DNA of 64,000 nucleotides from Chlamydiales bacterium (GTDB lineage Bacteria; Chlamydiota; Chlamydiia; Chlamydiales; JACKPQ01): NCBI GenBank assembly GCA_024233435.1, contig JACKPQ010000002.1, positions 320,286 to 384,285 of the forward strand, read 5' to 3'. Shown piece by piece: positions 58,460 to 64,000 of this stretch (position 1 is its first letter; each line of letters starts with the position of its first letter). The notes under the pieces were generated by a model. It saw only the letters and a program-made list of their open reading frames with translations, ran no database searches and was not told where the DNA came from. The position numbers and the translations under genes were made by a program.

Positions 58460-58978
58460 ATGGAATCCAAATCAAATTTCAATTCTCCGGAGCTCCAGAA
58501 GGCTTTTGAGCAGATTGAACCTATATTAACCCAACACAAGACTCAGCTTGACCAAGTCTCCTCGGACATTAAAGAGGTCGAGCGGTTCATTCGTGGATGT
58601 GGTATTCATTTTCCTTTAAGGTTTCTGTGTAGAGAGCGATCAAAAGTCATAGATGAAGACCCGTTTCATCATCAAAAAAAAGAGATGCTTTACAGAGATT
58701 ACTTATGTTGGGATAAATCCAAAGACGGACAATTTCGGTTGCTTTATGAGGTGGAAGAGCAGCTGACGATTGTTGAAAATGGATCAAGCGGTGTTGAACC
58801 AATGCAGGTGATTAAAAGGCGGCCTCTGATCGAGGCAAAGGTCAAAGTAAGACTGGAGCTCTATCCAGAACTGCCCAGGTTTTTAGAAGCGATGGCAGCG
58901 GAGCTCCAGCTTTCAAAAACTCAGCAGACGAGCGCTGATATTGCCGAGTCAATAAAGACGTTTAATCGCAAACCTTGA
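58460..58978 (+). CDS. Hypothetical protein
   Basis: A 172-aa ORF starting 19 nt after the small ORF. No motif recognised. Its 3' end overlaps recJ convergently by 17 nt. Confidence 0.5.
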   Translation: MESKSNFNSPELQKAFEQIEPILTQHKTQLDQVSSDIKEVERFIRGCGIHFPLRFLCRERSKVIDEDPFHHQKKEMLYRDYLCWDKSKDGQFRLLYEVEEQLTIVENGSSGVEPMQVIKRRPLIEAKVKVRLELYPELPRFLEAMAAELQLSKTQQTSADIAESIKTFNRKP

Positions 58979-60698
58979 AAGCTTTCACGATGAGTTGAAT
59001 GCTGGATTTGCTTAAGAATGTGTTGACGTGAGGTGTATATGCGATTTCTAAGTTAATGTTTTTTCGGCACAGTTCTTTACGCAAGGGGGCCATATTAAAG
59101 CCAATGCCCTCTAAGGCTCTGCCGTCTTGTTCTAGGTAGAGCTTTAGGTGGGTTTTCCCAACGATCTTTGGGGGCCAGGCTTGCTTGGCTTTAGCGTAGA
59201 GAATCGGTGCTGGGTTATCGGTGCCGAAGGGTTCAATCAGTGAAAAAGAATCCATGAGATCGAAGGTGATATCTTTAAATGATGCAGCTGCATCGAGATA
59301 GAGCTTAGGGGCGATGTCTTTTTCTAAAAGAGTGGCATTTGCAGCATCAATAAAGCCCTTTGTGAACGCCTCGATGTTTTCTTCTTTGATTGTGAGCCCA
59401 GCAGCGTAATCATGCCCGCCAAAGTTGAGCAATAGGTCTTTTTGTTCGTGGAGATGGCGCAGAAGAGGGAATTCTGGGATGGTGCGTATGGAGCCTTTGC
59501 CCTGTCCGTTATCTATTGAGATCAAGATGGTTGGTCGATTATATTGCTTGGCAAGGCGCGCAGTGATGATGGGAATGATGCCCGGGTGCCATTTTCTTGA
59601 AGCGAGAATAATGGCCTTATTTTGCGTGAGCTCAGGTCTTTTTTTAATGAGTTTTTCAATATCATCGGAGTCGCGTTTTTCAATTTTTTGCCGTTCGATA
59701 TTGTTTAGATCCAGCTCGCTAGCAAGGCGTTCAGCTTCAATTGGGTCTCTGACAAGGAGGAGTTCAACGCCCCGTTTGGGATCGGCGATGCGCCCAAGGC
59801 TGTTGAGGCGAGGTGCAATCTTTGAGGCGATATCGATGGGAGTTATATCGCGGCTGCGCACCTCGGCAATCGAGATGAGTTTTAACAAGCCAACACGTTT
59901 GCTCATGCCAATTTGTCTGAGACCATAGCGGACAAGGATTCTGTTTTCGCCAAGCAATGATCCCATATCCGCTACAGTACCAAGTGCAACAAGGTCTAAA
60001 TAGCTTTTGAGATTAATTCGCTTAGAGCTGATATCCCCACGGTTAATGAGTGAGTTAAGGTAGGCATGTGCAAGCTTAAAGGCTACTCCAACTCCGGTAA
60101 TTTCACGGTTTGGGTAATGTGTTGTTTCTAGTTTAGGGTTTAGAATAGCTGAGCATTTGGGAAGGGTTTTCGTGGGCTCATGGTGGTCGGTAATGATGAC
60201 ATCTATCCCTTTGCGAACGACTACGCCAATCTCTTCAGTTGCCGTGATCCCGCAATCAACAGTGATGATTAACTTCACATTTTCTTTTTCGACATAGTCT
60301 AGGCAATCAAGAAGCATGCCTTGAAATTGTGAGGAGCGGTCTGGAAGGTAATAAACAACGCTAGCACCCAAACGCCTAAAAAAATCGACTAGCAAAGTGG
60401 TTGCTGACATCCCGTCGACATCGTTGTCGCCATAGATCAAAATCTTTTCATTATTCTCAAAAGCGCGGTGGATGCGTTGCACTGCGGAGTCCATCTCATC
60501 AAAAAGCTCAGGGTCATAGAGCTGGGGCAATTTTGCATAGAGATAATTATGAATTTGCTCATGTGATGTAAAGCCCCTAGAGATTAACATCTGCGCTGTG
60601 ATGGGATGGATGTTAAACTCTTTGGTTACAGACTGCAAGAGTTTGTCATCATCGCGAGGGTGAACCCAAATGAGTTCTTGGGTCGTTGGCGCTTCCAT
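58962..60698 (-). CDS. recJ: Single-stranded-DNA-specific exonuclease RecJ
   Basis: 578 aa with DHH-family motifs (DNDVDG, TVDCG, ITDHHE) and a DHHA1 region (GGHDYAAG). Confidence 0.94.
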   Translation of the reverse strand: MEAPTTQELIWVHPRDDDKLLQSVTKEFNIHPITAQMLISRGFTSHEQIHNYLYAKLPQLYDPELFDEMDSAVQRIHRAFENNEKILIYGDNDVDGMSATTLLVDFFRRLGASVVYYLPDRSSQFQGMLLDCLDYVEKENVKLIITVDCGITATEEIGVVVRKGIDVIITDHHEPTKTLPKCSAILNPKLETTHYPNREITGVGVAFKLAHAYLNSLINRGDISSKRINLKSYLDLVALGTVADMGSLLGENRILVRYGLRQIGMSKRVGLLKLISIAEVRSRDITPIDIASKIAPRLNSLGRIADPKRGVELLLVRDPIEAERLASELDLNNIERQKIEKRDSDDIEKLIKKRPELTQNKAIILASRKWHPGIIPIITARLAKQYNRPTILISIDNGQGKGSIRTIPEFPLLRHLHEQKDLLLNFGGHDYAAGLTIKEENIEAFTKGFIDAANATLLEKDIAPKLYLDAAASFKDITFDLMDSFSLIEPFGTDNPAPILYAKAKQAWPPKIVGKTHLKLYLEQDGRALEGIGFNMAPLRKELCRKNINLEIAYTPHVNTFLSKSSIQLIVKAFKVCD

Positions 60699-60705
60699 GT
60701 GATCC

Positions 60706-63700
60706 TTACTCCGTCACTAGTTGCAATGTCTTTGCATCTGCCCGCTTGTGGAACAAGAGCAGAAGAGACGATGCGATGAAGAGTGAAGAGAGGGTGCCTA
60801 TAACAACTCCAACTGTCATAATGAGAGCAAACCCAAGGATTGATGAACCACCTAATAGCACGAGTGCTAGAAGGACAACAAGCGTTGTTAAAGAGGTGAG
60901 CAGCGTGCGACTCAGTGTTGTATTGATGGCAGTATTGACAATTTCCTTAAACCGTTTTTTGTGCTTATGCAGTCTAACATCTTCACGAATGCGATCGAAT
61001 ACAATAATCGTATCGTTAAGTGAGTATCCGATAATTGTCATGAGAGCCGCTACAGTCGCTAAGTCAATTTGTATTGCCATTCCACATTTATGGAAAAGAG
61101 CAATACACGCTAAGCTGATGGCAATATCGTGACCAAGGGCAAGTGTTGCGCTGATTGCATACTTAAATTCAAAGCGTACTGTAATGTAGAGTAAGATGCA
61201 AAGGAGGGCAATCGCTAATCCTTTAAAGGCACTAGAGCGCATGGCATTAGAAATCTGGCCGCTTACAGCGTTCCAGTTTCGATCAAGGGTTTCCAAAGAT
61301 TTAGCCTCGATCTCAACACCGTTTTTCTCTAAGGCATCGACAATCCAAGTCAGGCGAGGGTTGCTTTGATAGGTCTTTGTTGCGTTTAAATTGTCTATTG
61401 CAAAAGGCATTTCGTAAAAAGGTTGCCCTGCATTTTCCAATGTTTGTGCAAAGAAAAGGCGTAAATGATTGGAAGGTGATAACTCGCGCACTTGGAAATC
61501 TTGAGCTTTAAGCCCTGCTTTTTCTAAAGCATTTGTCACAACTGCTCGAGGATTTTCAGTTGGCTTTACAACAAGATTAAGCGCATAGCCTCCCGTAAAA
61601 TCCATTCCTAAAATGGATGACTTAGATTGTATTAAGCAAACTCCGCCAATGATTCCTAAAACAAGAGAAAAGGCGATGGCGTACTTTGAGCGTTTAATAA
61701 AATCAAATGAATGAGCTTTAATCCATGAGTTCATTTTCAGTTGTGTGTTTTTAGCTTTGCTTGACCAATGGGTAAAATAGGCTCGAGTCATAAACAAAGC
61801 AGTAAACATTGATGAAACAATGCCGATAATCAGGGTAATCGCAAAGCCCTTAATGGGTCCTGAATCAAAGTTTAGAAGAATAAGAGCTGCAATGAGTGTT
61901 GTAATGTTTGAATCGATAATGGCAGTGAAGGCCTTTTTATACCCTGTTGATAGAGCAGAGCGAAGGTTGCCGCTAATAGCAAACTCTTCACGAACCCGCT
62001 CAAATACAAGGACGTTCGCATCAACAGCCATGCCGACGGTCAAAATGATCCCAGCGATACCTGCCAATGTGAGCGCTGCTTGAATATTTTGCAGGGTTGC
62101 CCACATCATTAGGAGGTTAAAAATAACCGCAGCAGAAGCTACAACGCCTGCAAACCGGTAATAGCCACTCATAAGAGCAATCACAGCCAACAAAGCAATG
62201 ACCATGGCAACGATACCTTGCGTGCGATCTTTCAAGCCAAGTTCTGGGCTAACATTTTGTTCTGAGAGAATTCGGGGAGCAAAGCTCAAGCTGCCTGCTT
62301 TGAGGTCTGCTTCTAGCTTTGTTATTTCACGCGTTGTGAAGTTTCCTTCAATCACACCACCATCTGAGATGGCAGCTCTTAGTGTCGGTGAACTGATGAT
62401 GCGGTTGTTAAGAACAACGGCCATGCGCCATCCTTCATGACGGCTAAATTCGCCTAAATCGGTCCCTGATATAGTGTCTTTGCAAAATGCTTTTGTCCAT
62501 GCGCCAAATACCTGCGAAGGGTATGTTTTTTCTTCACCTTTCACTTGCGAGCTTTTTACAGAGAATGAAAGGTAGTTACCTTTTGATGGGTCATAGCCAG
62601 CGCGTACTTCAGAGAGATTAGAGCCTTCAAGTGCATAGTTATTAAAAACTATCATAAGGGGTGTTGGATTGCCCTGCCAATCGGTGACGCTATCGCCTCG
62701 CATTATGGAGATCTTGCTAAGTTTATCGTTAAAAGCAGCTGTTGAGCGGTCAACCTGAGGATTTGCTAAGCGCAATCCATTTTCATAAAGTAATTTGGCA
62801 GATTCACTGCGCGATTCTTTAGAGAGCTGGCGGTAGGCAATACTGTTGATGCTTTCGGCATCAGTTGTGCCTAGTACTGTGGCTTCATTCCACACCTCTT
62901 GAAGAAAGCGGGACGCCAGTGCTGTATGTTTTTCATTAACGATATGAAATTGCATTGATGAAGCTTTGACAAGATCGGATGCTGAGTAATTTTGCGATCC
63001 AGGAAAATCAAGTAAAATGTGGTGTCCCTCAGACCGGATGCTCACTTCAGATACGCCCATTTTATTTACGCGGGCATAAAGCTCATTCATTCCTTGAGTG
63101 ATTTGAGCCTCATCAGTAACCATTTGTCCATTTTGATCGCGCAACTCAATGCGTACGGTCTTTCCACCTGAGAGGTCAAGACCCCATTTAAGGACTTTGC
63201 GCTCATCGCCGCGAAAGTACTTTTTAATGCTTAAGCTAATGTTGCTGATGAAGGCGTTTTTGTTTGGTTTTGCAAAGTCGTAATGCTTATTCGGATCACG
63301 TGACACTTGAGCTGTGTTGTACTCATCTTTCCACTTTAGGAGTTGCTCATGTTCGAGGGTGTCAATGCGATTTTCAACGAGGAGTCGTTGCTCTACATCC
63401 GCAAATTCTAAAATTGCGTAGCGTTTTTGCCCAATAAGCTTAAAATCTTCGCGTGTTGCAGCAATGACGCTCGAAATAAAGTCGCTTGACTCAAATATAA
63501 TATCCTTGCCCAGAGGGTAGGCGTAGCATCCGTGGGCGCGCATAACCCGCTGTAAATTCTGGAAATCCTCGATGCAGTTTTGTGCGTCAGGGGAGTTGGG
63601 ATTGTCTTGATATTTTTTCAAGATCTGATCAGCCCCTTTAGCAACGATGTAAATGGATGAGCTTTCTAAGCCATCGGGTAGGACATCAGTCGGTTTTGGG

Positions 63701-64000
63701 GCATGTACAAGGAGTCCGAATTGCCTCTCCTCCGGTGGCAAACTGTCGTAAGTTTGCTTGTCCCAAATAGGGAATTGATCACTTTTAAAATCAAGGTGTG
63801 TAGGCTGCCATTGCTCTAAGATTGCGTTTTTGATGTCTACAGCTCGCGCTTCACGCATTTTCTGAACGTCCATGAGAAGGAAACTCTGTGAATTGCTCAA
63901 TTGGCTTAGAGCAAGAGTAAATCCACCATCTTGTGGTTTGATCGTTTCACCAGTTATCATGGCAAGACGTGCTATTTCATTAAAAACCATTTGCTCAACT
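60706..64000 (-). CDS. secDF: Fused protein-export membrane protein SecD/SecF (5' end beyond window)
   Basis: More than 1094 aa. It has a large periplasmic region followed by two six-TM SecD and SecF blocks (for example GIAGIILTVGMAVDANVLVFERVREE and TIIGYSLNDTIIVFDRIRED). The frame stays open upstream of the Met at 63990 to the window edge, and no N-terminal TM is visible yet. Confidence 0.92.
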   Translation of the reverse strand, partial: VEQMVFNEIARLAMITGETIKPQDGGFTLALSQLSNSQSFLLMDVQKMREARAVDIKNAILEQWQPTHLDFKSDQFPIWDKQTYDSLPPEERQFGLLVHAPKPTDVLPDGLESSSIYIVAKGADQILKKYQDNPNSPDAQNCIEDFQNLQRVMRAHGCYAYPLGKDIIFESSDFISSVIAATREDFKLIGQKRYAILEFADVEQRLLVENRIDTLEHEQLLKWKDEYNTAQVSRDPNKHYDFAKPNKNAFISNISLSIKKYFRGDERKVLKWGLDLSGGKTVRIELRDQNGQMVTDEAQITQGMNELYARVNKMGVSEVSIRSEGHHILLDFPGSQNYSASDLVKASSMQFHIVNEKHTALASRFLQEVWNEATVLGTTDAESINSIAYRQLSKESRSESAKLLYENGLRLANPQVDRSTAAFNDKLSKISIMRGDSVTDWQGNPTPLMIVFNNYALEGSNLSEVRAGYDPSKGNYLSFSVKSSQVKGEEKTYPSQVFGAWTKAFCKDTISGTDLGEFSRHEGWRMAVVLNNRIISSPTLRAAISDGGVIEGNFTTREITKLEADLKAGSLSFAPRILSEQNVSPELGLKDRTQGIVAMVIALLAVIALMSGYYRFAGVVASAAVIFNLLMMWATLQNIQAALTLAGIAGIILTVGMAVDANVLVFERVREEFAISGNLRSALSTGYKKAFTAIIDSNITTLIAALILLNFDSGPIKGFAITLIIGIVSSMFTALFMTRAYFTHWSSKAKNTQLKMNSWIKAHSFDFIKRSKYAIAFSLVLGIIGGVCLIQSKSSILGMDFTGGYALNLVVKPTENPRAVVTNALEKAGLKAQDFQVRELSPSNHLRLFFAQTLENAGQPFYEMPFAIDNLNATKTYQSNPRLTWIVDALEKNGVEIEAKSLETLDRNWNAVSGQISNAMRSSAFKGLAIALLCILLYITVRFEFKYAISATLALGHDIAISLACIALFHKCGMAIQIDLATVAALMTIIGYSLNDTIIVFDRIREDVRLHKHKKRFKEIVNTAINTTLSRTLLTSLTTLVVLLALVLLGGSSILGFALIMTVGVVIGTLSSLFIASSLLLLFHKRADAKTLQLVTE

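Noticed and set aside
59425-59928. Long antisense or alternative-frame ORFs inside well-supported genes: 167 aa in recJ, 148 aa at 60686-61132 in secDF, 145 aa at 37478-37915 in ntt, 131 aa at 39751-40146 in pgk, 156 aa at 15322-15792 in the autotransporter, and 137 aa at 35794-36207.
   Set aside because: Each is fully embedded opposite or out of frame with a confidently identified CDS, and none has a recognisable motif.

Overview
The window is a 64-kb chromosomal segment that looks like phylum Chlamydiota, probably a non-Chlamydiaceae ('environmental') lineage. Supporting markers are an Ntt-type ADP/ATP translocase, a Euo-like regulator, RsbU, a fused SecDF, and gene orders I recall from Chlamydia: tsp-gltX-euo-recJ-secDF, rho-coaE-polA-sppA, argS near murA, eno near rsbU. 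I call about 55 protein genes, mostly on the minus strand and tightly packed with many short overlaps, plus one tRNA-Arg(ACG). I saw no rRNA and no CRISPR array. Housekeeping genes dominate (trkAH, ahpC, eno, rsgA, cca, rho, coaE, polA, sppA, pgk, engB, tsaE, argS, murA, epmB, ispF, gltX, tsp, recJ, secDF). The accessory content is the interesting part. (1) A head-to-tail triplication of a 2.43-kb unit spans 26862-34168, with the octamer TCTAATTG at every junction. Each unit carries a complete surface-protein gene (N-terminal inverse-autotransporter-like barrel plus C-terminal beta-helix passenger) and the 3' end of an AAA-ATPase-like gene. (2) A solo TnpB element (about 47240-48535) has matching TTCA-loop subterminal hairpins and a candidate omega-RNA. 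(3) A 1198-aa classical autotransporter. (4) A J-domain protein with an Inc-like bilobed hydrophobic domain. (5) A protein built from 99-bp (33-aa) tandem repeats. (6) A 129-aa ORF resembling the N-terminus of a contractile-tail sheath. (7) A promoter-led two-ORF cassette inserted between euo and recJ. (8) A tRNA whose 3' end directly abuts a start codon. (9) An unlisted 37-aa lipoprotein ORF. All domain calls rest on motifs read by eye. No database search or HMM was run.
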